Shown in pieces: positions 38,314 through 48,526 of a stretch of DNA of 64,000 nt. Numbering within the stretch: the stretch's first letter is position 1; each line of letters starts with the position of its first letter. The DNA comes from an uncultured Pelagibacteraceae bacterium (lineage in GTDB: Bacteria > Pseudomonadota > Alphaproteobacteria > Pelagibacterales > Pelagibacteraceae): NCBI GenBank assembly GCA_902594395.1, contig CACJLZ010000001.1:41551-105550 (forward strand), written 5' to 3'. Under the pieces are notes generated by a model that was not told the DNA's origin, made no database searches, and saw only the letters and a program-made list of their open reading frames with translations. The position numbers and the translations under genes are program-made.

Positions 38314-38487
38314 ATTTTTATAAACTCAATTGAAACAAATATTTGACTTACTTTCAATATTTCAGTTTTGTGATGAGTTAATTTGTGCTTATTTTGAGTT
38401 TCAACCTGTAAGTGATTAATTTCTGAAAAATCTATTAAAATTCATAATTTTTTTGCATAAAACAAATCTAAATATTATTAAAGTTAA

Positions 38488-39123
38488 GTGAGAAAATTTA
38501 AAAAATTAATAATAGCTTGTGATGGAGAGTCAGCAAGTGGAAAAAGCACTGCAGCAAAACTCATCTCTAAAAAATACAAATTGTTACTTATCAATTCAGG
38601 ATTATTGTATAGATATGCTAGTAAAGAAATCATTAATTATAAACCAAAAAACAGCATTAGCTTTTTAAAAAAAAAATTTAAAAATATTTCCTATAAAAAA
38701 ATAGTAAAATTAAATCTGCATTCTGAGGAAATAAGTAACCATGTTGCTATTTTAGCAAAAAATAAAAATATTCGAAAAATAATAAATGCTTTTCAAAAGA
38801 CATTGATTAAAAAAAATAAAAAGATTTGTGTAGAAGGCAGGGACATAGCTAGTAAAATATTAGCTAAAAATCCAAAATATGATTTAGCTTTTTACTTTAA
38901 GTGTAATGTTAAAGTCGCAAGTTATAGAAGATGGCTAGATATAAAGAAAAAGGTTTCCTTAAAAAATGTTAGAAAATCTTTAATTAAAAGAACTTCAATG
39001 GATAAAAAAAGAAAGAACAGCCCACTGGTTAAAGTAAAAGATGCAATCTTAATACGAACTGACAAATTAACTAAAAAGCAAGTTCTGTCTAAAATGTCTA
39101 AGTATATAGATAAACTTAATTAA
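38488..39123 (+). CDS. cmk: Cytidylate kinase
   Basis: DGESASGKST, SGLLYR, EGRDI, R...D..R..SPL. Confidence 0.88.
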   Translation: MRKFKKLIIACDGESASGKSTAAKLISKKYKLLLINSGLLYRYASKEIINYKPKNSISFLKKKFKNISYKKIVKLNLHSEEISNHVAILAKNKNIRKIINAFQKTLIKKNKKICVEGRDIASKILAKNPKYDLAFYFKCNVKVASYRRWLDIKKKVSLKNVRKSLIKRTSMDKKRKNSPLVKVKDAILIRTDKLTKKQVLSKMSKYIDKLN

Positions 39124-40409
39124 ATCGCTTTATCTTCCTCTTTAATTGGTTCTTCAATAGGCTCTGTTGTAGGATTTAATTCAATCCCAGCTGGTGTAAT
39201 TGTTTGAGGCATTGCGACAAATTGAGAGTCTGGATTTTCCACAGTTTCTCTGACTCTCATTCTATAAATTCCAAAAGCTCCTATTAAAGAATGAAAGAAA
39301 AATAAAAAAACAAAAAATCCATTAGAGCCAACAAGGTCCATAAATATTGAACATAAAAAAGGACCACTAATAGCACCTAAACCAAATGTGAATTGAAGTC
39401 CTGCACCTGCTGCTACAAATTTGTCTTTTGTAATATAATCATTTGTGTGAGCAAGGATTAATGAAAACATAGGCAAACTACAAAAAGAAAATAAAATAAA
39501 GAATATATAAAACCATGTTTTACTTGTTGCTAATCCATCAGGCAAATACATTTGTCCTGAAACAAATATTGTAATAAGAGAAAAAATTGCAGCTCCGAAA
39601 GTAGACGCGATTATTACCTTTCTTCTATCATAAACATCAGAAATTTTTCCAACAGGAAATTGAGCAACTGCACCAGAAACTGCTAATAAAAAAGTTACAA
39701 CTGATACTTCTAAAATAGTAAAATTCATTGATGCTGCATAAACTGCCAGCAAGGTAAATAAAGCAGACTGAATTGTTCCATAAAAAAAAGAACTTACCAC
39801 TCCAAATGGTGATGATTTATAAAGTTCACTAAATGACATAACATTTATTTTTTTGAAAGTTGGTGGTTTTTTTTTAGTAAGTAAAATAGGTATCAATGCT
39901 ACTGATGTGATCACAGAAACTAATATGAAAGGTTCAAAATTTTTTGGAGTACTAAAATTTAATAAAAACATTCCAATCCCCATAGACCCATAAAGTATCA
40001 CCATATAAATCGATAAGACACTTCCTCTATTTTTATTACTTGATCTATCGTTAAGCCAACTTTCAGCAACCGTGTAAATACAAACCATACTTATTCCAGT
40101 AAGAACTCTTAATAAGAACCAAATAAATGGATGAATCAAAATCGAGTGAACTAAAATAATTAGTGATGCTAAAGACGCAAAAGCTGCAAAAACTCTAATA
40201 TGACCAACTCTTGAAATTACGTTTGGTATAGTGGCTGCTCCTATGAAGTATCCAATGAAATAACCTGACATCATAAAACCAGTTGCAGTTAAACTAAATT
40301 CTTCTTGTACCGCTCTTACCCCAAGCAATGATCCTTGGAAACCATAGGCCATCATTATGAATCCCATTCCTAAAAACAATGCCCAAGAATTCTTTAAAAC
40401 TTTATTCAT
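39120..40409 (-). CDS. MFS transporter (YcaD-like)
   Basis: RVGHIRVF, AESWLN...RG, QFPVGKISD..DRR; 12 TM. Confidence 0.9.
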   Translation of the reverse strand: MNKVLKNSWALFLGMGFIMMAYGFQGSLLGVRAVQEEFSLTATGFMMSGYFIGYFIGAATIPNVISRVGHIRVFAAFASLASLIILVHSILIHPFIWFLLRVLTGISMVCIYTVAESWLNDRSSNKNRGSVLSIYMVILYGSMGIGMFLLNFSTPKNFEPFILVSVITSVALIPILLTKKKPPTFKKINVMSFSELYKSSPFGVVSSFFYGTIQSALFTLLAVYAASMNFTILEVSVVTFLLAVSGAVAQFPVGKISDVYDRRKVIIASTFGAAIFSLITIFVSGQMYLPDGLATSKTWFYIFFILFSFCSLPMFSLILAHTNDYITKDKFVAAGAGLQFTFGLGAISGPFLCSIFMDLVGSNGFFVFLFFFHSLIGAFGIYRMRVRETVENPDSQFVAMPQTITPAGIELNPTTEPIEEPIKEEDKAI

Positions 40410-40468
40410 AAAAATCGCGCTAATTATCTGTCATCTATTATTAAATCAAGACTTAATTGTGACGGTAA

Positions 40469-41347
40469 TTAAGATTTCTTTAATTTTAAAAAAGAGTGAA
40501 TAGCGATTGTTGTAATTATGATAGCACCACCCTGAAGTGTTTCAATACTAGGCTGTTCTTTAATAACAAACCAAACCCATATTGGGCCGATGATTGTCTC
40601 TAATAAGAAGAAAAGATTTACCTCAGCAGCTGGAATAAATCTTGGAGCAATAGTTACTAAAACGAATGGTATTGCTACACAAAGAATACACATTAACGGT
40701 ACAATAATTAAGTCTTTTTCTACTAGGTCAAAGCTTTCAATGAAAAACAGGGCAAAAGTAGCAACAAATAATTTCCCTACAACTGCAGCTGGAACTAAAT
40801 TTTTTGATTTTGCGGATCTGATAGTGACAGCACCTACAGCAAGACCAATAGCAGTGATAAACCCTAGTATATCACCATAAAAATTACCAAGCTTAAGGGA
40901 GTCAAAGAAAATATAGACAATTGCAGCAAAAGTAACAATTATCGAAATCCAAGTCTTTTTATCAGGAGGTTCTTTTAAAAATACTGCCCCCAATATAGCT
41001 GATAACATAGGTGCAGTTGCGATCATTACCAGTGTGTTTGCTACATTAGTATTTTGAATAGAAACTACGAAAGTAATATTAGTAACACTGAAAGTAGCTA
41101 TATATATAATACCGTGATAACCACTAGTAAAAAGTATTTTAAAAAAGTTAAGTTTGTAGATTAATAGCATTCCAAAGAAAACAGTTAAGAATGGAATTAT
41201 TCCTCTATAAAAAACAAGCCCCCAAGTATCAATGCTAGAAAGTCTGATAAACAAAGAGTCAGGTGTAATAAACATTACAGCCACAAAAGCAAGTAATGAT
41301 CCCTTTTGTTGGTCTGTTAAATTTTTCAAGCTTTTAAATCTTTCCAA
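40469..41347 (-). CDS. EamA/DMT family transporter
   Basis: TPDSLFIR, FYRG, TNVANT, APRFIPAAEV, LETIIGP. Confidence 0.88.
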   Translation of the reverse strand: MERFKSLKNLTDQQKGSLLAFVAVMFITPDSLFIRLSSIDTWGLVFYRGIIPFLTVFFGMLLIYKLNFFKILFTSGYHGIIYIATFSVTNITFVVSIQNTNVANTLVMIATAPMLSAILGAVFLKEPPDKKTWISIIVTFAAIVYIFFDSLKLGNFYGDILGFITAIGLAVGAVTIRSAKSKNLVPAAVVGKLFVATFALFFIESFDLVEKDLIIVPLMCILCVAIPFVLVTIAPRFIPAAEVNLFFLLETIIGPIWVWFVIKEQPSIETLQGGAIIITTIAIHSFLKLKKS

Positions 41348-42252
41348 AAAGTTTTGGCGAGATTAATTTTAGAAATATCAAATAAAGTTTTTAGTCCAGT
41401 TGGGGAGGTGATATTAATATCCCCATTCAGCTTTTGGTCAATAAAATCAATCCCTGCAAAAAAAATTTTTTCTTTTTTTAAATCTTTCGCAATTATTTTT
41501 GAAATTCTTTTTTCCAATTTTGTTAACTTAATATTTTTTGGTATTGCACCTTTACTCATGTTACTTAGAAATGACCCTTTTTTAGGTATTCTAGAAATTG
41601 CACCACATATTTTCCCATTAATCAAAAAAACTCTTTTATCTCCGATACTTATTTTAGGTAAATATTTTTGACACATTATATGGTCATGTTTTTTGATAAG
41701 TTTTTGAATAAACCTTGAATTAAATTTTTTGAGTAAATGAATATCATTCCCACCAAAACTGTGAATAGGTTTTATAATTACATATTTATTTTTTTTAAAA
41801 AAGTTTTTAATTTCCTCAATGTTTTGAGTAAAAATTGTATTTGGCATAAACTTTTGATATTTAACAGAATAAAGTTTTTCAGAAATATTTCTTATTGAAG
41901 TAGGGTTGTTAATTATTTTTACCTTATTTTTAATTGTCTCAAGTATGTAAGTTGTTGAAATATACTCTAAATTGAAAGGCGGATCTTGTCTAATTAAAAT
42001 GTATTTACATTTTATAAGATTTAAATTTTGTTTTTTTTGAATTTTATAAAATTTTTTATCTTTATAATTAAACTTTATAAAAAAACCTTTAGCTATGACT
42101 TTTGTATCTATTATTGATAAATCTTTAGGATCATAATAAAAAACTCTATACCTCTTTTTTTGGATCTCATTAGCTAAAAAAACACTTGTATCTGTTTTTG
42201 GATTAAGTTTAGAAGGGTGGTTACCTTGTATGGCAACAATTTTATTTGTCAT
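41326..42252 (-). CDS. gshB: Glutathione synthetase
   Basis: DTS, RQDPPF..EY, INNP, SEK, GDKRV, GIDFI, NITSPTG. Confidence 0.93.
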   Translation of the reverse strand: MTNKIVAIQGNHPSKLNPKTDTSVFLANEIQKKRYRVFYYDPKDLSIIDTKVIAKGFFIKFNYKDKKFYKIQKKQNLNLIKCKYILIRQDPPFNLEYISTTYILETIKNKVKIINNPTSIRNISEKLYSVKYQKFMPNTIFTQNIEEIKNFFKKNKYVIIKPIHSFGGNDIHLLKKFNSRFIQKLIKKHDHIMCQKYLPKISIGDKRVFLINGKICGAISRIPKKGSFLSNMSKGAIPKNIKLTKLEKRISKIIAKDLKKEKIFFAGIDFIDQKLNGDINITSPTGLKTLFDISKINLAKTFWKDLKA

Positions 42253-43537
42253 ATAAATCTTTTAAATCTTCATTTTTAGAAAATTTATTAACCATATGAT
42301 CTGCATTTGTTGTTCTATTATCAATAACTTTTTGCAAATGATTTAAAAACAAAGTTTCATTTTTTCCACTTTTATTTAGTATATCTCTATTATCCAATCC
42401 TTTTCTTGAGATTTCTAGTAAAGTTGATGCCCAATAAAAAAGGTCTTTACCCATCAATTGAGTATTGAAACCTTTTTGAGGAGCATCTAGATAAGCATTA
42501 ATTATCTTATCCTTGTCCCATGATAAGATTAAACTGTAAACTTCATCCAAATTTCCATATAGCATCCCAATAAAAAATGCAGGACCAGCACAAAGACAAT
42601 CCCAGCCACAAGTATCCATAGATCTTAATTCAATATATTTTTTTAACCTATTTTCAGTAAATATAGTGCTTAAGTGTAAGGATAAATCGCTCTCAGTTGG
42701 AAGACGATTTTTTATTTCATCTATCTTTCCATTCATGAAATCTTGAAAAGTATATTTATTACCTGAAATATATTTTTGTTTATCTTGTATAAATAAAATT
42801 GGGAAATCTATAATAAAATCAGCATACTTTTCAAAATTTAAATTTTCAAAAAATAATTTTGGAAGGCCTCCCCGGGAAGTATTTTGCCATACTTTAGATC
42901 TATAAGATAAGTAATTACTCTTTTTTTTTTCAACTATTGAAGAGTTAGCGAACAAAGCAATAGAGATTGGAACTATTGAATTTACTACTTTAAATTTTTT
43001 GAAAAAATCTTCCTCTGAAGAATAATCAATATTTAATTGAGTTCCACAAGTTCTGTACATCATATCTAAACTTAATTCTCCGCCTAGTGGCATGTCGTTT
43101 GTCATAAGTTTATATCTTTGTTTAGGATTGTTAGGAATTTCATGAAGCTTTGAAATGGGATCAAAACCAGAACTCACAATTTTTATATCAAGTTTTTTTG
43201 TGACTTGTTTTAGTTCAAATAAATAATCATAAGACTCTGCACATGCTTCGTGAATATTATTAAGTTTCTCTCCAGACAATTCAATTTGGTTTCCTGGTTC
43301 AAGAGTGATATTTTTACCTCCTTTATTCAAACCTATAATATTTTCACCTTCTTTTATTGGATTCCAACCAAACTCATTTAAGGCTGAAAACATCTCTTTT
43401 ACTTTTGAGTAATCAATTCTTTTATTGTTTTTGCTATCAAATAAAAATTTCTCGTGCTCAATTCCTATCTTGAAATCTTTTTTTTCTTTTATTCCAGATT
43501 TGAAATATTCAATTATATGTTCTTTAGAAATAGTCAT
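42242..43537 (-). CDS. gshA: Glutamate--cysteine ligase (plant/alphaproteobacterial type)
   Basis: IGIEHEKF, TLEPG.QIELSG, PKQRY, MMYRTC, FANS, IFTENRLKKYIELRS. Confidence 0.94.
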   Translation of the reverse strand: MTISKEHIIEYFKSGIKEKKDFKIGIEHEKFLFDSKNNKRIDYSKVKEMFSALNEFGWNPIKEGENIIGLNKGGKNITLEPGNQIELSGEKLNNIHEACAESYDYLFELKQVTKKLDIKIVSSGFDPISKLHEIPNNPKQRYKLMTNDMPLGGELSLDMMYRTCGTQLNIDYSSEEDFFKKFKVVNSIVPISIALFANSSIVEKKKSNYLSYRSKVWQNTSRGGLPKLFFENLNFEKYADFIIDFPILFIQDKQKYISGNKYTFQDFMNGKIDEIKNRLPTESDLSLHLSTIFTENRLKKYIELRSMDTCGWDCLCAGPAFFIGMLYGNLDEVYSLILSWDKDKIINAYLDAPQKGFNTQLMGKDLFYWASTLLEISRKGLDNRDILNKSGKNETLFLNHLQKVIDNRTTNADHMVNKFSKNEDLKDLYDK

Positions 43538-43561
43538 ATTTAATAATATAGCCTATAAATT

Positions 43562-44119
43562 TTACAGCGAAGAATATGGTTTTCTTGAAAAAACTTTTTT
43601 TACAAAGGGTTTGAAGAAATCTAATGGCAATGATTTATAATTTGGATCAAACGAGTTTTGATCGTATTTTTCACAAAAATCTACAGTATCCTGATAATAT
43701 TTATGATTTTTATATTCATCTCTTTTATTTTTGTTTCCTCCTAGATGGTGAGCGTAATAATACATCTGAAACTCACCATGTTTCTCAACAATCCAATGAG
43801 TTTTTTCTGACACATATGGTTTAAGAACTGCTGCAGCATATTCTGAATGGTTCATCGGAGCTAGCTCGTCACCAATATCATGTAACAATGCAGCGACAAT
43901 CATTTCATCACTTTCACCATTTCTATAAGCTCTCGTAGCGCTCTGAAGTGAGTGCTCTAATCTTGAAACCTGGTAACCTTCTAGAGTTTCTGTAAGTCCT
44001 GACATAAATTTCAATATTCTATCTGCAGTTTTACTTGCAAAATCTTTTTCATGTTTATCAAGAAAAAGATAATCTTCTTTGGTTCCATTTTTCATTTCTG
44101 TAAAACTTACTTTTTTCAT
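43562..44119 (-). CDS. HD-domain protein, PhnZ/MIOX-like putative diiron enzyme
   Basis: EHSLQ.ATRA, LLHDIGD, NH, KHG, YDQ metal-ligand pattern. Confidence 0.8.
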   Translation of the reverse strand: MKKVSFTEMKNGTKEDYLFLDKHEKDFASKTADRILKFMSGLTETLEGYQVSRLEHSLQSATRAYRNGESDEMIVAALLHDIGDELAPMNHSEYAAAVLKPYVSEKTHWIVEKHGEFQMYYYAHHLGGNKNKRDEYKNHKYYQDTVDFCEKYDQNSFDPNYKSLPLDFFKPFVKKVFSRKPYSSL

Positions 44120-44122
44120 AAA

Positions 44123-45604
44123 TTAATTATTTGATGCAGTGCTTAATAAAGAAAGTTGTGTTATTTTGCTATCACCTAATTCATCAATAGGTTTTACAGG
44201 ATAATCTCCAGTGAAATAATGATCTGTTAATTGTGGATAATTTTTATTTCTTTTATCAAATCCAATAGCTCTATACATACCCTCAATAGATAAAAATTTT
44301 AATGATTTAGCACCAATATATTCACAGATTTCATCGTTGTTTTTATTAGCAGCTAACAATTCTTTTTTTGTTGGTGTATCCACTCCATAAAAATCAGGAT
44401 ATCTAATCTCAGGACAAGCAATTCTCACATGAACCTCTTTTGCACCTGCATCATAAAGCATTTTTACAATTTTATGAGATGTGGTTCCTCTTACTAAAGA
44501 GTCATCAACAAGAATAATTTTTTTGTTTTCTATTGTTGTTTGATTAGCATTTAGTTTTAGTTTAACGCCTAGGCTCCTTATTTTTTGACTTGGCTCTATA
44601 AAGGTTCTTCCAACATAGTGATTTCTTATGAGTCCATGCTCATAATTTTTATTTAAATATTGTGCAAAACCTAAGGCTGCAGCATTTCCGGAATCAGGGA
44701 CTGGAACAATGATGTCGGTTTCAAAATCATTCTCTTTTGCCAACTCTTTTCCTAAATTTTTACGATGTTCATAAGCAGTTTTTCCGTTAAGAATACTGTC
44801 TGGCCGTGCAAAATAAATATATTCAAAAACACAAGGTCTAATTTTTTTTTCAGGAAATGGTTTAATACTTTGAAGTTTATCATTTTCTATTAGTACAATC
44901 TCACCATTTTCAACTTCTCGAATAAATTTTTCACCGATAATATCCAGAGCACAGGTTTCAGATGCAAGAACATAACTATTTTTTAATTTACCTATAACCA
45001 AAGGTCTTATTCCATAAGGATCTCTTACTCCGACAAGTAAATTTTGTGTTAACATAACCAATGCATATCCACCTTGAATTTGAAATATTGCATCGATAAT
45101 TTTATCTATAGTTTTTAATCTTTTTGATTTTGCAATAAGTTGAACAATAGTTTCGGTATCAGAGGTTGTGTAAAATATTGCTCCTTCTTCAACGAGCTTA
45201 TTTCTTAAATAAATTGAGTTCGTTAAGTTTCCATTATGTGCAACTCCTATTCCACCTGCGTTAGTGTCCGCAAAAAAAGGTTGAATATTTCTTAATGTGT
45301 TGTTTCCAGTAGTGCTGTATCGATTGTGACCAATCGCAAAATTTCCTTTTAGATTATCTAAAATTTTTTCTTTATTAAAGTTGTCACCAACTAGTCCAAA
45401 TCTTTTTTCCGAGTAATATCTTTCTCCATCAAATGTGACTATTCCACAACCTTCTTGTCCACGGTGTTGAAGTGAATGAAGCCCTAAAGCAGTTAAGGCA
45501 GACGCATCTTTTACATTACTAATTCCAAATACACCACATTCCTCTTTTAACTTTGGATCATAAATCCTCAATTTTCTCTTTAGATTCTCGATATGTTTTT
45601 TCAT
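44123..45604 (-). CDS. purF: Amidophosphoribosyltransferase
   Basis: EECGVFG propeptide site, QHRGQE, GHNRYST, HNGN, PVPDSG, VDDSLVRGTT. Confidence 0.97.
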   Translation of the reverse strand: MKKHIENLKRKLRIYDPKLKEECGVFGISNVKDASALTALGLHSLQHRGQEGCGIVTFDGERYYSEKRFGLVGDNFNKEKILDNLKGNFAIGHNRYSTTGNNTLRNIQPFFADTNAGGIGVAHNGNLTNSIYLRNKLVEEGAIFYTTSDTETIVQLIAKSKRLKTIDKIIDAIFQIQGGYALVMLTQNLLVGVRDPYGIRPLVIGKLKNSYVLASETCALDIIGEKFIREVENGEIVLIENDKLQSIKPFPEKKIRPCVFEYIYFARPDSILNGKTAYEHRKNLGKELAKENDFETDIIVPVPDSGNAAALGFAQYLNKNYEHGLIRNHYVGRTFIEPSQKIRSLGVKLKLNANQTTIENKKIILVDDSLVRGTTSHKIVKMLYDAGAKEVHVRIACPEIRYPDFYGVDTPTKKELLAANKNNDEICEYIGAKSLKFLSIEGMYRAIGFDKRNKNYPQLTDHYFTGDYPVKPIDELGDSKITQLSLLSTASNN

Positions 45605-46115
45605 TAGGAAAAACTTTTAATAAATAATTACTACCTTTTTCAAGATATGGAAAGGTGAATGATTTGTCTAAATTTAGGGGCCATTTGTCATAATTATATA
45701 CGATATGCACTCCTGAAAATATACATATGGATATAACATATGCTCGAATAAACCCAAAAAAGAGTCCGAAGATAGTATCTAAACTTCCTAGACCAGTATA
45801 TTTGATTGCTCTACTTATTCCTTTATTAATCAATAATATTAAAAATATAACAATAATAAAAATTGTTACTCCAAGTCCTACATCAAGCACGTATTCATTA
45901 TCTATTACATTTTCGACGTATGGCTTAATTCTAGGAAATAGTATCAAAGTTATAATATAAGCTAATAACCATTTTGACATTGAGAGTATACTCAAGACAA
46001 ACCCTTTGCTGTAACACTTAATTAGTGAAAGAACAGTTATCAATATATAGATCAAATCAATTGAAGAAATCGAATTTAGAATTTCTTTGAAAAATTCTAG
46101 AGTTATTTCAAACAT
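45558..46115 (-). CDS. cvpA: Colicin V production CvpA family protein
   Basis: D..I...S...KGF, LD..FG..FGFIR; immediately upstream of purF. Confidence 0.9.
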   Translation of the reverse strand: MFEITLEFFKEILNSISSIDLIYILITVLSLIKCYSKGFVLSILSMSKWLLAYIITLILFPRIKPYVENVIDNEYVLDVGLGVTIFIIVIFLILLINKGISRAIKYTGLGSLDTIFGLFFGFIRAYVISICIFSGVHIVYNYDKWPLNLDKSFTFPYLEKGSNYLLKVFPNEKTYRESKEKIEDL

Positions 46116-46121
46116 ATATTC

Positions 46122-48506
46122 TTATTTTCCAAATGGCTTAAAAACTAATATCAAAGATGGCAGTAAACTTAAAACAGAAATCATTGCTAATAGCATTGCT
46201 AATCCTGTAAATATTCCAAAATAGATTGTGGGTATGAATTTAGATAAAACTAAAATAGAAAAACCAAAGACTATTGTTATAGAAGTGTTTAGTATTGCAA
46301 CACCAACAGTTGAATGACAAGTTTTTAAAGTTTTTTTGTAGTCATTAATTTTGTTGAACTCCTCTTTGAATCTATAAATATAATGAATGCTGTTATCAAC
46401 AGCTATACCTATTGTAATAGCAGCTATTGTGATAGTCATCATATCTAAAGGTATCTCTAGCATACCTATTATTCCTAAAATAAAAAATGCTGCAATAAAG
46501 TTTGGGACAACTCCAATTAAAGATAATTTGATGTTCTTAAATAAGATAACAAACATTCCAAAAATACCTAGCATGACAAGTCCTAAAGTAAGAATTTGAG
46601 ATTTAAACAGGCTTTGTAATAAATTATTAAATAAGATCATCACCCCAGCTAATTTGTATTGATTTTCATTTAATCCAAATTCATTTTGTAAGTCATAATT
46701 TATTTTTTTGATTAGCTCATTTCTTTTAAGATCTTTTTGAGAGTCTATTATTCTCAAACTTATTCGAGCCTCATTATCTTTTATTGAAATATAAGGATCA
46801 ATTATCTCAGTTTTAATATTTTCAGGGATTTTAGTATACAAAACACCCATTTCTAAAGTTCCAAGAGGTTTGTTGTTATTTAATTGAGTTGCAACATCAA
46901 CTATTGATGAAAATGATAAGACTTTGCCTGTCTCAGGAAGAGCATCAAGATAATTATGTATTTTAGAAATTGTTTCTATTTTATCTTTGGTAAACCAATA
47001 TTTCTCATCATTTTTTTCCTCATCACCCCAATCTTCAAATTCATCATCTTCCTCTAATTTTTCTTTTTTTTTATCTGGAAATTTTAAAATTACTTCTAGG
47101 GGAGTTGTTCCACCCAATTTTTCATCAATTAATTTCATACCTTTATAAATTTCTGTTTTTTTACTAAAATAATTTATAAAACTATTCTCAACTTCTAATT
47201 TGCTAATACCGATTATGCTTAAAACTATTACAATTCCAGTTAATATAAAAATTTGATTTTTAGAGTTAATAGAAAGCTTTCCTAAAGTAGAAGTTATTTT
47301 AGAGTCAGTATTATCTTTTACAAAAGTATTATTATCTTTTACAAAACTTAGTAGACTAGGAAGCAATGTAAAAGTAATTAAAAAAGATATCATTAATCCG
47401 AAAGTCATCATCAAACCAAAATCAATAACTGGCTTTATCTCACTAAAGACTAAAGATAAAAAGGCAATAATAGTTGTTAAAGCTGTGTATAGGATTGGCC
47501 AGAACATTTTTTTTGTAGTTAAAGTGATTATTTCATGATTATTTTTATTAGGATAAAATTTCCTTAATTGTATAAATCTAGTGCTCATATGAATATTCAT
47601 CGCCAAAGTTAAAATTAACATCAGCGCGATAAAGTTTGATGAAATTACAGTAACTTTCCAACCAATGAGACCCAAAAGACCCATCATAATGATAACTGAG
47701 AAAAAACAGCTGCTTATTGGAACAACAATCCATATTAAATTTCTAAAAACAAACCATAATGTTGCAATAATAAATACAAGTACACCTAAACCAAAAACAA
47801 TAATATCGCTTTTGATAAAACTCATCATGTCATCAGCTATCATTGGTATACCGCCTAAATAAATTTTACCTATGTCATCATAGCTTTTGATTACCTCTCT
47901 AACCTCTAAGATATTATTATGATTCTTTTTTTTTATTTGATCTCTAAATATTTGTATTTCCTTATCAGATTTATTTTCAATATCCTTTAATTTTTCATTT
48001 TCTTTAATATTAACAATAATTCCACTTGTTTTTCCGTCTTCACTTATGACAAAGTTTCTGAAAACTGGACTTTCTAAAATCTCTCTAAAACCTCTCTCTT
48101 TATCTACACCTTCATCTTTTAGTGTTTTGAAGTTCATAAGCCTTTCCTGGAGAGGTGCATCAGAATTGTCTAATAGAGGTATATCTAAAAGAGTGATAAC
48201 ACTGTGTACCCAATCTAAGCTTTGAAGTTTATATTTTAAACTAAGGAGATTGTTAATCGCACTGTCGGTTACCATACCATCATTAGGTGTATGAGTTAAA
48301 ACTAAAAAATCTTTTGATCCATATCTATCTGTTACTTTTTTTAAATATTCAAGATCAGGATCTCCCTCAATTAACAAAGTCTCAGACGAGGCATCAAGCC
48401 TAAAGTCCTTTGAGTGATATCCAAAACTAATTAAAACAATGAATAAAATTACTAAAATAGATCTTGGATTTTTTAAGATCGAATTTTGGTATAAATGATC
48501 AATCAT
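46122..48506 (-). CDS. MMPL/RND-family (YdfJ-like) exporter
   Basis: Two repeats of TM-large loop-5TM; GGTTP, GIAVDNSIH. Confidence 0.9.
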   Translation of the reverse strand: MIDHLYQNSILKNPRSILVILFIVLISFGYHSKDFRLDASSETLLIEGDPDLEYLKKVTDRYGSKDFLVLTHTPNDGMVTDSAINNLLSLKYKLQSLDWVHSVITLLDIPLLDNSDAPLQERLMNFKTLKDEGVDKERGFREILESPVFRNFVISEDGKTSGIIVNIKENEKLKDIENKSDKEIQIFRDQIKKKNHNNILEVREVIKSYDDIGKIYLGGIPMIADDMMSFIKSDIIVFGLGVLVFIIATLWFVFRNLIWIVVPISSCFFSVIIMMGLLGLIGWKVTVISSNFIALMLILTLAMNIHMSTRFIQLRKFYPNKNNHEIITLTTKKMFWPILYTALTTIIAFLSLVFSEIKPVIDFGLMMTFGLMISFLITFTLLPSLLSFVKDNNTFVKDNTDSKITSTLGKLSINSKNQIFILTGIVIVLSIIGISKLEVENSFINYFSKKTEIYKGMKLIDEKLGGTTPLEVILKFPDKKKEKLEEDDEFEDWGDEEKNDEKYWFTKDKIETISKIHNYLDALPETGKVLSFSSIVDVATQLNNNKPLGTLEMGVLYTKIPENIKTEIIDPYISIKDNEARISLRIIDSQKDLKRNELIKKINYDLQNEFGLNENQYKLAGVMILFNNLLQSLFKSQILTLGLVMLGIFGMFVILFKNIKLSLIGVVPNFIAAFFILGIIGMLEIPLDMMTITIAAITIGIAVDNSIHYIYRFKEEFNKINDYKKTLKTCHSTVGVAILNTSITIVFGFSILVLSKFIPTIYFGIFTGLAMLLAMISVLSLLPSLILVFKPFGK

Positions 48507-48526
48507 TTAACCTGTTATATTGTAAA

